64,000 nucleotides of DNA from Thermodesulfobacteriota bacterium (GTDB lineage: Bacteria; Desulfobacterota; Desulfarculia; JACQYL01), in assembly GCA_963675595.2 (NCBI GenBank), contig CAXXLZ010000002.1:672001-736000 (forward strand), read 5' to 3'. This document shows positions 8,517 through 18,875 of the stretch, one piece after another. Under the pieces are notes generated by a model, which saw only the letters and a list, made by a program, of their open reading frames with translations, had not been told where the DNA came from and ran no database searches. Positions within the stretch are counted from its first letter, which is position 1, and each line of letters starts with the position of its first letter. Position numbers and translations under genes: made by a program.

Positions 8517-10274
8517 TCCGCTTCGGAAACCGTACTTGACCATCTTGCGCCACAGTGTGGTGGCGTGCACATCCAGGCTTCGAGCCGCTTCCGCCAGAGT
8601 CTCGTAATGGTTCAGCGCACCCGCGATGATCTGCGCTTCCGTCTGCTCCACCGCCTGTTTCAGGGTGAGTCCCGCCCGCACCGCATCCGAAGCCTTCCCC
8701 TCATTCGCCTCCCTGAGTTCCGCCGGCACGTCCGTCAAGGTAATCATCTCCCCGTCGCTCATGATCACCATTCGCTCCATAAGGTTCACGAGCTCCCTCA
8801 CGTTGCCGGGAAAGTCGCACCTGCTCAGGCAGTCCAACACTTCCGGAGCCACCTTTTTGTTCACTCCGGCGGTTCGATTATATTTTTCGAGAATTCTCAT
8901 GGCGAAAGCCGGTATATCTTCCCTTCTGCTTCGGAGCGGAGGGATGTGTATGGGAATGACGTTCAAACGGTAGTACAGGTCCTCTCGAAACAGCCCTTTG
9001 CGCATCATGTCTTTCAGGTCCCGATTGGTGGCCGCGATAATCCTCACGTCCACGGACACCGTTCGGGTGCCCCCCACACGGGTGTACTTCCGGTCCTCGA
9101 TCACTCCCAGCAGTTTGACCTGCATGGCCGGCTTGAGCTCTCCGACCTCATCAAGAAACACCGTTCCGCTGTGCCCCGCTTCAATGAGTCCCGCCTTGCC
9201 TTCCGGCGCCGCACCCGTAAAAGCCCCCTTCTCATACCCGAACAGCTCGGTTTCCATAAGGGAATCCGGTATGGCGCCGCAGTTGATCTTCACGAAAGGA
9301 CGGTCTTTACGGGGACTCACCTGGTGGATGATGCGGGCGAGCATGCTTTTGCCCACCCCCGACTCCCCATGGATGAGCACGGAACGGTCCACACCCGCCA
9401 CTTTGATGGCTTTGCGCACCACCTGCCTCATGTCGTCGCTTTTCACCACCATGTCCTGCAACACGTGCTCGTAGAGATCCTGCTCCAACAGGGACTGATA
9501 ATAGCGCGACGAAAGACGACGACTCTCCTCGAGCTGTGCGCGAAGCTCGTTCAGCTCGGTAAGGTCCCGCACGTTCGTAACCACCAGAGCGATGTCTCCG
9601 CTTTCCTCACGGAAGGGAGTCCCGGTGACCATCACCAGCTTGTTGCCCATGATGTTCTGGAGAATGGTGACCGGTTCACGCCTTTTGATCACTTCAAGAG
9701 TCACCGAGTGATCGAACACGCCCTCTTGGACCAAGTCCCGCATGTTTCGGCCGATGAGCTTGTCTCGGGATAAGCCGGTAATTCGTTCATACGCGCTGTT
9801 CACCCGAACCGTGTTGGCGCTGCCGTCGGTAATATAGAATCCGTCAAAGGAAGACTCGAAAATGGCCTCAAGCTCGCAATGGAGCTTACGGTAGCCCTGA
9901 AGTCCGGATATGATGGCCTCGTATTCCGAGATATCCTGGAATACGCTTATCACTCCCAAGACTTCTCCGCCCACACGAATCGGGCTTCGATTAGCGATGA
10001 TGGTAGCCTCGGGAAGCACGATCCTGCGGCCGATCTGAGCTCGTCCGCCGGCCAGGATTTCCTGCATGTCGGGCCAGGTTTCCGGTCGAAACTCGGAGAA
10101 GTGGCGTCCCACGGGAAACTGGCGACGTTCCGCGAAGATTCGTCGTGCCGCCTCGTTGTAGACCACCAGAATTCCATCGCGGTCGATAATCACCACTCCA
10201 TTGTGGCAGGAATCGAAGATGGACGACCAAACTTCCGAGGGGGCGTTGAGAGCGTTCGAAATTCGATCTTTCAT
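8439..10274 (-). CDS. PAS-PAS sigma54-dependent transcriptional activator (Fis-type HTH)
   Basis: GESGVGKS, ELFGYEKGAFTGA, FLDEVGE, RIIAATNRDL, FREDLYYRLNV, FPGNVREL and HTH AARSLDVHATTLWRK. Confidence 0.96.
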   Translation of the reverse strand: MKDRISNALNAPSEVWSSIFDSCHNGVVIIDRDGILVVYNEAARRIFAERRQFPVGRHFSEFRPETWPDMQEILAGGRAQIGRRIVLPEATIIANRSPIRVGGEVLGVISVFQDISEYEAIISGLQGYRKLHCELEAIFESSFDGFYITDGSANTVRVNSAYERITGLSRDKLIGRNMRDLVQEGVFDHSVTLEVIKRREPVTILQNIMGNKLVMVTGTPFREESGDIALVVTNVRDLTELNELRAQLEESRRLSSRYYQSLLEQDLYEHVLQDMVVKSDDMRQVVRKAIKVAGVDRSVLIHGESGVGKSMLARIIHQVSPRKDRPFVKINCGAIPDSLMETELFGYEKGAFTGAAPEGKAGLIEAGHSGTVFLDEVGELKPAMQVKLLGVIEDRKYTRVGGTRTVSVDVRIIAATNRDLKDMMRKGLFREDLYYRLNVIPIHIPPLRSRREDIPAFAMRILEKYNRTAGVNKKVAPEVLDCLSRCDFPGNVRELVNLMERMVIMSDGEMITLTDVPAELREANEGKASDAVRAGLTLKQAVEQTEAQIIAGALNHYETLAEAARSLDVHATTLWRKMVKYGFRSGLQNGNPIAVLQSRPKHTKETDSFRF

Positions 10275-10672
10275 GGAAATCCGCTCCTACGAAGTTTTCG
10301 AAAGGCGCCCGCCGGCGATCCGAGGGGGTGCATTCCCCAAATCCGGACCGACCAGGCGCCGATATCCGTAGAAAGAAGATTTTTTCGGAACGGGGTGAGG
10401 ATGGTATCTTAATATCCGGTTCCACCTGTCGACGTCAACCCGGAGGATTGACGGCCCAAACAGAACGTTGTCCGATTCCCTACCAAACCTCTTCCTGCAA
10501 TCCGGGCATTCGGCTCCGGACCGTTTCCACTTAAACGCCCGTAGTCTCCGTGCACTCCAAATAGAAATGGAGCGCGGAATTCTTTGGGCAAACCAAATGG
10601 ATGAAACTGTGAAGGGCGTTTGGACGGGGACGGCAAAGCCGGACGAAGCCGCTTCATGAAGAAAGGGGGAGC

Positions 10673-11350
10673 ATGATGAGGACGTACCGAATGGGTAACA
10701 TTCTGCTGTTGGCGGCCTTCCTATGCATGGTTTCCATGCCCGCAGTCGCGGTTTCGGGGGTGGAGACCGATGTGGAGGCTCTAAAGAAGGACGTCGAAAT
10801 CCTGAAACAGGAAGTGGGGGAGCTGAAAGGCGCCGTTCAAAGCCTGAAGGATGAACGAAAAGCAACGGAGACGGTTGCCGTGGCTGTATTTCCCGCAAGT
10901 CTGAACGGCGAAGCGGTGGACTACAAGGATGTGCTCATTGAGGGTCTGAATCGCGCCTTCGAATCTCAAGAGCGCTTCGTTCCGGCTTTTTCCTACTATG
11001 CCTTGGACCGTAGGCTCGGAGCGCAACCCTTGGGCGACCGCGGGGATGGGAATTCCTGGGATCGTTCCAACCCATGGGAAACGGGCAAGCCGGACACGGC
11101 TCACGTGTCGGCGGAAGCCAAGAAGCTGGGAGTGGACGCCGCGCTTCTGGTTTCCATTACCATTACGGGGACGGAAAAGGACGGGATCGGCGTTTATCTG
11201 TTGGACGTTTCACGCGGTAAATGGCTGAGCCGCGAGACCCGCACACCGCTCAAACACACCCTTTCCGGCATCTTGCTTCGCAAGAGCGGGGAGATCGAGG
11301 CCTTGGTGAAAAGGGTCTTCTTCGAATACCGCATGGCGCACGAGAGCTGA
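10673..11350 (+). CDS. Exported hypothetical protein: coiled coil plus TolB-N/CsgG-like alpha/beta domain
   Basis: SD GGGGGAG; signal peptide; heptad run VEALKKDVEILKQEVGELK; VAVFP...AKKLGVDAALLVSI...YLLDVSRGK pattern. Confidence 0.65.
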   Translation: MMRTYRMGNILLLAAFLCMVSMPAVAVSGVETDVEALKKDVEILKQEVGELKGAVQSLKDERKATETVAVAVFPASLNGEAVDYKDVLIEGLNRAFESQERFVPAFSYYALDRRLGAQPLGDRGDGNSWDRSNPWETGKPDTAHVSAEAKKLGVDAALLVSITITGTEKDGIGVYLLDVSRGKWLSRETRTPLKHTLSGILLRKSGEIEALVKRVFFEYRMAHES

Positions 11351-11360
11351 TTCAGCGCAC

Positions 11361-11387
11361 GACCTCCGAGCCCGTGTCTCGGAGGTC
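11361..11387 (+). terminator. Hairpin downstream of the 10673-11350 gene
   Basis: GACCTCCGAG-N7-CTCGGAGGTC perfect 10-bp stem. Confidence 0.5.
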
Positions 11388-11665
11388 CTGCGCAGGCGGT
11401 CTTTCCAAAATAGCCTCACCGCAACCTTGTTCCGGAAAGTTTCGTCCGTCTTCCTCTTTTATTCCCCGACTCCCCGTTGGGGAGCTTCATTTTTCGCCGA
11501 GGGACCACCGCCTCGGACACGGGTTTCAGGTCCTCATTCTTCATGGTTGGCAGGTTGAATGTTTTCGCCGATTCCGATAACATGATCATGGTCCGATTGA
11601 GATTCCCCTCATATTGAATTTGCTTTCCACGAGCCGAATCAACATCATCCCATTCGAGGTGTCGA

Positions 11666-14600
11666 ATGAGAAGGGCTCCCTTTATTCCGGACTCACCCGA
11701 CCAAGATTCATCGGTGCGTAAACGCCGAAAATCGGGGATCGACCTCCTCTCCAACGCGAGACTGAGATTTTTCCTGAAGTTGACCGCCGTCGTCGCCTTC
11801 GTAGCCAATTTTGTATTCTTTCCCACGCTCTTCGGCGTCTTCGGCCAAGTCGCCCGGGCGTTTTCCCTCCTATATGTAAGTCTGGCGGGACTGGCCTGGG
11901 GAGTAGTCGGCGGTACGGCGGCGGCTTTGGCCGGGTTTCTGTCGAACTACACGATCCTCAAAGGCATGGGGGCCGATTTGGAATCGGCGCCCGTCGGTGT
12001 CGGAGCCTCTCTGGTCATTGGTGCGGTCGTGGGTCTCTTGAGCGATCTGTCTCGCCGCTTGTCCTCCGAGTTGTTCGAGAAGGAACGCGTGGAAGAGGAG
12101 CTCAGACGATACCGGAACGGTCTTGAGGAGCTTGTCGAAGCAAGGACGGAGGCACTCAAAGAAACAAACCGGAAACTGGAATTGGAGGTCCGGGAACGCA
12201 TCGAAGCTTTGAAAGCGCTGCATGAGAGCGAAGAACGTTTCCGTTGTCTTTCGGAATCGACTTTCGAGGGGGTGTTGTTCTTTCGGCAACAATTTTGTAT
12301 GGAAGCCAATTCGGTCGCATCCGCACTCCTGGAACGGCCCCGAAGCGAGCTCCTGGGAATGAACGTCGAGGCGCTTTTTCATCCCGATTCGCACTTGAGC
12401 GTGCGTGCCCTCCTGACCGAAGACGGTGAATCACCCGTGGAGGCGCGCGCCTTGAACGGGGACGGACGGGCTTTTCCCGTGGAGGCGCGTTCCGGGAGGA
12501 CGTATCTCAACGGAGAGGCCGTGCGGGTGCTCGCCCTGAGAGACCTTTCCGAACGCGAACACGCTCGCATGGCCCTGGCCGTCTCCGAAGAAAACTATCG
12601 ACTGGTGGTGGAAAATACCAATGAGGCCATTCTGGTGATTCAGGGAGGAACCATCGGATTCGTCAATCCGGCCGCTGCCCGTCTCCTCGGCATCCCGAGA
12701 AAGGAACTGATATCCTCTCCCATTGCCGCGTTCATTCATCCGGAAGACCGGGACGTGATGTCCCGACGATACGACGAACGCCGTCGAGGCGAGCCTCAGC
12801 CGGAGCTTTACGAATGCCGGTTGGTTGACCGGATGGGCAGGACCCGTTGGGTGGAGGCCAAAGTCGTGGTCATCCCCTGGGAAGGCCGTGAAGCCACTCT
12901 GAGCTTCGTCACCGACGTCACGGATAGAGTGCTGGCACAAAAGGCCCTCCACACCAGTGAAGAAACCGCCCGAACCCTGCTTAACGCCTCCACCACCGCG
13001 GCCTTCCTCCTGGACGCGTCCGGAGTCCTTCTGGCGGGCAACGATCGAGCCTTCAAAGAATTGGGCAAACCTTCCTACGAGGTAAAAGGAGGGTATTTGT
13101 ATCGTTTCCTGCCTCCCGAACTGGTTGAACGGAGGCTCGGCGAAGGGAGACAAGTGCTCCGTACCGGAAAACCTTCACGATTCCTGGACGAAATCAACGG
13201 AAGGTTTATGGATACGAGCCTCTACCCGGTGTTCGATGAGCGCCGCAAGGTGGTTCGGCTCGCGTTGTTCAGCACGGACATCACGGAACGTCTGAAGTCG
13301 GAGGAGGCCATCCGCCAATCGGAGGAGAAATATTCCAGCGTGTTCAGCACCGCACCCGTTTGGATCGTCATCAGCACCATCGAGGAGGGACGATACGTTG
13401 AAGTCAACGAGGCCTTTTTGACCTCCACGGGCTACCAAAGAGAAGAGGTCCTCGGGCGCACCGCACTTGAGTTGGGCATGTGGGCGGACAATGAGGATCG
13501 AAACCGTATTGTTTCCGCCCTGAAGCGGGACGGATCGGTGAGAAACGTGGAAGTGTGCCGTAAGACGAAACACGGAACCCTTCTGCAGATGCTCTTTTTC
13601 GCCGACAAGATTCGGATCGGAGACCGCTTCTACATGATGTCCATTTCTCTGGACATCACCGACCGAAAGAGGAACGAAGAGGAGCGGGCCCGGCTGGAAG
13701 AACAACTCCTTCAGGCTCAAAAGATGGAAGCCGTCGGTGTGCTTGCCGGAGGCATCGCTCACGATTTCAACAACCTGCTGCAAAGCATACGCGGGTACGC
13801 CGAATTACTGCTTCTCGACAAGAGCGCCGGGGATCCCGGTTGCCGGGAACTCACCGAGATCATCCATTCCGCGTCGAGGGGCGCGGACATGGTGAAACAA
13901 CTGTTGACCTTCAGCAGAAAAGTGGAGAGCAAGCTCAGACCGGTGGACCTCAACCGTGAGATTCGGAATATGGGCCACGTGTTGGACCGAACCCTGCACA
14001 AAATGATTCGAGTCTCCCTGCACTTGGCGGAGGACCTCAACCCCATCTATGCGGATCCCGTACAGATCGAACAGGTAATCATGAATCTGGCCGTTAACGC
14101 CAGAGACGCCATGCCGCACGGCGGCGATCTCCTCATCGAAACGCTGAATGTTCGGTTGGACGCGGTTACGGCCGCCAGGCACCCGGTTCTTGAACCGGGT
14201 GCCTATGTGAGACTCAGAATAAGCGATACGGGCCAGGGAATGACCACGGAAACGGAGGCGCACCTGTTCGAGCCTTTCTACTCGACCAAGGGCCCCGGCA
14301 AAGGCACGGGATTGGGGCTTTCCATGGTTTACGGCATCATCCGCAACCATGGAGGGGACATTTCCTGTTACAGCGATCCGGAACGGGGCACCTCGTTCCA
14401 CATCTATCTGCGCGTCGCCCAAACAGGCCGCCTTCCGGCGGAGGAACCGTCTGAAAGGCGACTTCCCGGCGGAAGCGAAACCATTCTCTTGGTGGACGAC
14501 GAGGAATCCATCCGATCTCTCGGCGCCGAGATGCTGACCCGTTTCGGATACAACGTGATCGCGGTCGAGGACGGGGAAAGCGCCATCGAGCGCTTCCGGT

Positions 14601-14842
14601 CTTCGAGGAACTCCGTGGACCTGGTCATTCTGGACCTGATGATGCCCGGTATCGGGGGCAGGAAGTGCCTCGAAACGCTGCTCCAAGAAGCACCCTCCAC
14701 TCGCGTTCTGATCACCACGGGATACCCCACGGACGCGGAAAGGCGGGATATGCTCGCCGCGGGAGCCAAGGCATTTATCGGCAAACCCTATGTTATCGAC
14801 GAGTTGCTCGAAGCCGTGAGAAACGTGCTGGACCGCGATTGA
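11666..14842 (+). CDS. Membrane-bound multi-PAS hybrid histidine kinase
   Basis: N-terminal TM helices, four PAS-like repeats, H-box [33 protein letters not shown]-terminal receiver (VDDE, DLMMP, KP). Confidence 0.95.
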   Translation: MRRAPFIPDSPDQDSSVRKRRKSGIDLLSNARLRFFLKLTAVVAFVANFVFFPTLFGVFGQVARAFSLLYVSLAGLAWGVVGGTAAALAGFLSNYTILKGMGADLESAPVGVGASLVIGAVVGLLSDLSRRLSSELFEKERVEEELRRYRNGLEELVEARTEALKETNRKLELEVRERIEALKALHESEERFRCLSESTFEGVLFFRQQFCMEANSVASALLERPRSELLGMNVEALFHPDSHLSVRALLTEDGESPVEARALNGDGRAFPVEARSGRTYLNGEAVRVLALRDLSEREHARMALAVSEENYRLVVENTNEAILVIQGGTIGFVNPAAARLLGIPRKELISSPIAAFIHPEDRDVMSRRYDERRRGEPQPELYECRLVDRMGRTRWVEAKVVVIPWEGREATLSFVTDVTDRVLAQKALHTSEETARTLLNASTTAAFLLDASGVLLAGNDRAFKELGKPSYEVKGGYLYRFLPPELVERRLGEGRQVLRTGKPSRFLDEINGRFMDTSLYPVFDERRKVVRLALFSTDITERLKSEEAIRQSEEKYSSVFSTAPVWIVISTIEEGRYVEVNEAFLTSTGYQREEVLGRTALELGMWADNEDRNRIVSALKRDGSVRNVEVCRKTKHGTLLQMLFFADKIRIGDRFYMMSISLDITDRKRNEEERARLEEQLLQAQKMEAVGVLAGGIAHDFNNLLQSIRGYAELLLLDKSAGDPGCRELTEIIHSASRGADMVKQLLTFSRKVESKLRPVDLNREIRNMGHVLDRTLHKMIRVSLHLAEDLNPIYADPVQIEQVIMNLAVNARDAMPHGGDLLIETLNVRLDAVTAARHPVLEPGAYVRLRISDTGQGMTTETEAHLFEPFYSTKGPGKGTGLGLSMVYGIIRNHGGDISCYSDPERGTSFHIYLRVAQTGRLPAEEPSERRLPGGSETILLVDDEESIRSLGAEMLTRFGYNVIAVEDGESAIERFRSSRNSVDLVILDLMMPGIGGRKCLETLLQEAPSTRVLITTGYPTDAERRDMLAAGAKAFIGKPYVIDELLEAVRNVLDRD

Positions 14843-14956
14843 ACCGGGACCGTTCCGGATGCGGCTCTCGTGTCGGGGTCCATCGACTCGGGAAAGCCGC
14901 GATGAGAGAGCCGATTCACGCCCCAACGGATTTCCTCCGAAGAACGAGCTTGAAGA

Positions 14957-16228
14957 TTATTGCAGCCCTTGTGCGTATTTGAGGCTCCACACCAGGCTGT
15001 CGGACCAGCAACGCTTCATGATTTCCAGATCGACTCCCCATTTGGAGCAGAACTCATCGACCTCTTCCCATTGGCCTTCCTCCAAGGATTCACAGAGATT
15101 CAGCAGTTGGGCGAGGTCGGGATCTTCCCGCAGGAGCGCTCGCTTCATCTTCGCCATCAGAGGCAATCCCGCCACAATGTCCCGCATGGGCGTTTCGAGT
15201 ATGGCCTCCAGAAGCGAGAACAAACCCAGCAGAAAAAACCCGTCGGGCGGATAAGGCAGATTGAGGTAAGGATACAGCGACTCGAGCAATCTCCCCCGCT
15301 GCATGGACAGAACCGCCAGTTCCGGAGTCTTTCCGGCCGGCGTCAATTCGGCGAGAATCACCAGTCGGAGCCAGAACCGCACCTGTTTGATCCCCAGGAT
15401 CAGTACGGCCTGCTTGACGCTCTTGATCTCCGACGCAAAGGAGAAGGCCGCTGAATTCAGATACCTAAGCAACCGGTAGCTGATGGACACGTCGGCTTGA
15501 ATCGCTTCGGCCAACTCTCCGGGGCCCGCGTCCGGAGATTCGGTAAGCCGCAGAAGTTCGAAACGGAAGGCCTCGTTGGGCTTGAGTCGGCGAGCCTGAA
15601 GGTTTTCCGGCCGCGCAAAATAATACCCTTGAAACAGATCGAAACCCATCTCCAGCGCCTGCCTATAGACTTCCTCACTCTCCACCTTCTCCGCCAGGAA
15701 CATACAGGAATACCAACTAAGGCATTCCATGAGTTCCCTGACCTTCTCCACGGTCAGCTCTCCGAAGTCCACTTTGATGATGTCCGTTATCTCGAGCAAC
15801 TCCTCGTATCCCGGCCGCCAGACGAAGTCGTCCAGCGCCACGATGTAGCCGTTACGCTTCAGTTCGCAGACGGCCTCGAGGACGGAAGGAGTGGGACGAA
15901 CGGACTCCAGGATCTCCACCACAGTGACGGAGGGGGGAAGGGCGTAAGGAAAGCCCTCCAGGATGAGCCGCTCGGGAAAGTTGATGCAGAACTTGGTGGT
16001 AGGTCCCGCATCCTGCAAAGACCGGATGAATCCACAAGAGGATACCTGAAGCGTAGCCGCTTCCGCGTCTTGGATATGGGCGACTCGGGATTCCAGCCCA
16101 TCTCGAAACAAAACTTCGTAACCCCAGACTCCGCCTTTACGATCCAGAATCGGTTGTCTTGCACAAAACGCGGGACGATACAACTTGTCGTCGTCCTTAG
16201 GTATGTTCGCCGCCGGTTTCTGATTCAT
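14957..16228 (-). CDS. EAL-HDOD domain protein (YuxH/PdeH-like c-di-GMP phosphodiesterase)
   Basis: ARQPI, GYEVLFR, VEILE, ALDDF, LAEKVE and FQGYYF, then HDOD D..SYRLLRYLNSA. Start uncertain (16228 or 16285). Confidence 0.9.
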   Translation of the reverse strand: MNQKPAANIPKDDDKLYRPAFCARQPILDRKGGVWGYEVLFRDGLESRVAHIQDAEAATLQVSSCGFIRSLQDAGPTTKFCINFPERLILEGFPYALPPSVTVVEILESVRPTPSVLEAVCELKRNGYIVALDDFVWRPGYEELLEITDIIKVDFGELTVEKVRELMECLSWYSCMFLAEKVESEEVYRQALEMGFDLFQGYYFARPENLQARRLKPNEAFRFELLRLTESPDAGPGELAEAIQADVSISYRLLRYLNSAAFSFASEIKSVKQAVLILGIKQVRFWLRLVILAELTPAGKTPELAVLSMQRGRLLESLYPYLNLPYPPDGFFLLGLFSLLEAILETPMRDIVAGLPLMAKMKRALLREDPDLAQLLNLCESLEEGQWEEVDEFCSKWGVDLEIMKRCWSDSLVWSLKYAQGLQ

Positions 16229-16356
16229 ATTCCGTAACCTAACGAATAGTCCGGTGTTGAGAGTTCCCGTGCCGGTGGGAGACAACCGGCCGGCTTCCTC
16301 GCCCGCCGAGGCTGTTGTCTTCCCGAGACGGCATCACTTCCAGCCGGGTTGGAGCA

Positions 16357-17205
16357 TCAGGTCACGCTCCCATTTTTCCGCCCCGAATCAAACCAGCCGC
16401 CATAGAGGTCCTTTCGACGGTGCTTCAGGATGGGCAGCCGGTTCCTTACTCCTTCAAGGGTTTCCAGAGATATCCGTGCAAAAATCTCCTCATTCCCTTC
16501 TCCCGCCTCGGCCGCAATTACCCCCCAGGGGTCCACGACCAGCGAATGCCCGAAAGTGACGAAAGCCGCGTTTTCATCTCGACCGGGACAAGCGGCGGCG
16601 AGAAAGACCTGGTAGTCCACGGCCCGGGAACGCATGATCAGATGCCAGTGGGCCTCCCCCGTGGGTCTTGAAAAAGCCGCAGGCAGGGCCGCCACTTCCA
16701 CGCCGCGTTCCTCGAAATATCGAAAGATTTCCGGGAACCGTACATCGTAGCAGACTGCGACCCCCAACCTGCAAAACGGCGTCTGTACCACCAGAGGAAC
16801 CCGGCCCGGCGAGATCACCTTGGACTCCTCCACTCGCAAATCGTCGAAGTACACGTCGAACAAATGAATCTTACGATGAACGCCCAGCACTTCGCCTTCG
16901 GAATCTATAACGTAGGCGCTATTATAATACCGATCCTCCATCCGTTCACAGAAAGAGCCGGCGACCAGGCAAAGGCCGTTCTTCCGAGCGGCCTCGCGCA
17001 TACGGGTCAAAGTGGGGCCTTCCGGCTCCTCGGATCTCGAAGCCAGAATGTTCAGATCGATGGGCGTCTGGAACATCTCAGGCAACACGCACAGGGAAGC
17101 CCCCCCCCGGGCCGCACGAGAGAGGAACCCTTCGGCGAGAGCCAGGTTCTCTTCCTTGGAATCTCTCACGATCCACTGTCCCACGGCCAAAATGAAGTCC
17201 TGCAT
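16357..17205 (-). CDS. Carbon-nitrogen hydrolase (Nit2/omega-amidase-like)
   Basis: Catalytic triad motifs LPEMF, HRKIHLFD and VCYDVRFPE; GHSLVVDPWG; SD GAGGAG before ATG 17205. Confidence 0.92.
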   Translation of the reverse strand: MQDFILAVGQWIVRDSKEENLALAEGFLSRAARGGASLCVLPEMFQTPIDLNILASRSEEPEGPTLTRMREAARKNGLCLVAGSFCERMEDRYYNSAYVIDSEGEVLGVHRKIHLFDVYFDDLRVEESKVISPGRVPLVVQTPFCRLGVAVCYDVRFPEIFRYFEERGVEVAALPAAFSRPTGEAHWHLIMRSRAVDYQVFLAAACPGRDENAAFVTFGHSLVVDPWGVIAAEAGEGNEEIFARISLETLEGVRNRLPILKHRRKDLYGGWFDSGRKNGSVT

Positions 17206-17719
17206 GAAAGGCTCCTCACGGTGGTTCGATCTTTGTCCCTCAGGAAGGTCGGCATTCCGTGCCGACGAACGCCCCCCGTAAGAACGCCGCCGGGAAATGG
17301 GACGACGCACCCGCTTCAAGCTGCTTCGAGGGCTCCTTGCCGCAAGACCGTCGCCCGACGGTCTCTTTTGACATGGGATCGGCTGTTCAAGGGAAAAGGC
17401 CTGATGGGCCTTTGAGTGCCGAGAGCCGGCGGGAAAAATCATACCTTATCTTATTCGGAAGCGTGGGGGAAAGGCAAGAACCCGTACCGTATTCGGTTTC
17501 CCGACCTTCGTAGATGCGTTTGATGAGCCATGCCGGTGTTCGATCAACAGGATCGCACGCCCTCACAAGGCCGAGCCCGGCGCCGTTTGATCGTTTTTTT
17601 CTTGAACGACCGGCGGATTTCGTCTAACATTTTATTGTTTACAATGTACTAAACGTTGCGGGCGAAAGACAACGCAGGCGAAGGACTCAAGTCCCCTGTT
17701 TCCGTGCGAGGGTCCGACC

Positions 17720-18841
17720 ATGGCAGGCGAACCTCAAAATACTTCCGTCCCGCGGGTGAATCCCTTCATCCACTACACCGCAACCTGCCCTATTTGCGGT
17801 AAGACTCACGACCACCGTCGCATCAAATCCCATCTGTTCATCAAGCAGGACCGGGATATCGACCTGCGTCCCCGCAAAATCACCGTCAAAGAAAAAGGCT
17901 TGGAGCAGATTCGTCTCTCCTGGTACAGTCTGTGGCATTGTCCGGCCTGTTCCTTCACTTTTGACTACCGGAACTTCGAGGATCCCGTTCGAAACGCCGA
18001 TGTTTCCGCACGCGAGTTCCAGGAACGCATCCTGGACGCCTCGTTTGAGAACGATAACTTCAGAAAAATCGCCACGATTCTCAAAGATGAAATCGATGAG
18101 GAACATCCCGACGATTTCCAAACCCTCAAGCTCCATCTCCTCGCCCTGTTACACCTCCAACAGGTTCCCAAACTCGTAGACGCGGACGCCCTCCTTCCAG
18201 GCAAATTCGCCCTTCGCCTGGCTTGGTTTTACCGCGAGCTGCGTGATCACCTGGATCCCGACAACCCCGTGGTCACACGAATCATCGAGCTCCTTCGCAT
18301 GCTGCGGCGTCTATGGGAGAACCTCCCGGGGAGCGAAAGAGAGGCCCATCTTCTGGCTGCGGATTACTACCAGACCGCCGTCACCGGCTCCAGATCCATT
18401 CGTACCGATCTGGATCTCGTGCGCCTCCTTCTGCACATAGCGCGGATTCGGATCAAGCTGGGACAATTTCGGGAGGCCATGATACTTTGCGGCAATGCTC
18501 GTCAATTGCAGATGCGTTTCGAGGCGGAAAGACGCCGCTTATCGGCACTCCCTTCCGACGCACCGAACCCGCCCACGGACCAACAGCTGTCAAAGATGGC
18601 CGCCGCCTCCAGAAACATGCGCTACATGCTGGATCAGGTGCTGCAGATCATCGATACCCTCCGCGAGGATGCGGAAAAGCATGAAATCGCCGAAGCGGGC
18701 AATGTTCTCAGCAAACTGCGGGACGTCCCTTTCGAAGAACAAAGGGAGCAGCTCCTAAGCATGGGCTTCAGGGAACGAGTTGTCGCCCGCGTACTCCCGG
18801 CCCCCAAAAAGAAAAAGCTGCGGGACCTATTCCGCGCCTGA
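17720..18841 (+). CDS. DUF2225-like protein (Zn-ribbon plus TPR-like helices)
   Basis: CPICG...DIDLRP...WHCPACSF and ALRLAWFYRE pattern typical of DUF2225. Confidence 0.72.
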   Translation: MAGEPQNTSVPRVNPFIHYTATCPICGKTHDHRRIKSHLFIKQDRDIDLRPRKITVKEKGLEQIRLSWYSLWHCPACSFTFDYRNFEDPVRNADVSAREFQERILDASFENDNFRKIATILKDEIDEEHPDDFQTLKLHLLALLHLQQVPKLVDADALLPGKFALRLAWFYRELRDHLDPDNPVVTRIIELLRMLRRLWENLPGSEREAHLLAADYYQTAVTGSRSIRTDLDLVRLLLHIARIRIKLGQFREAMILCGNARQLQMRFEAERRRLSALPSDAPNPPTDQQLSKMAAASRNMRYMLDQVLQIIDTLREDAEKHEIAEAGNVLSKLRDVPFEEQREQLLSMGFRERVVARVLPAPKKKKLRDLFRA

Positions 18842-18875
18842 GACCACGCCGTTCAGTACCGGCGGGTTCTCGGTT

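Noticed and set aside
8250-9773. 507-aa plus-strand ORF
   Set aside because: Antisense shadow of the sigma54 activator, typical of GC-rich DNA.
10586-10640. Possible c-di-GMP-I (GEMM) riboswitch, GGGCAAACC...GGGACGGCAAAGCC
   Set aside because: Spacing is too long, there is no clean GNRA-capped P2 and no P3 or terminator. An Infernal search with the c-di-GMP-I model would settle it.
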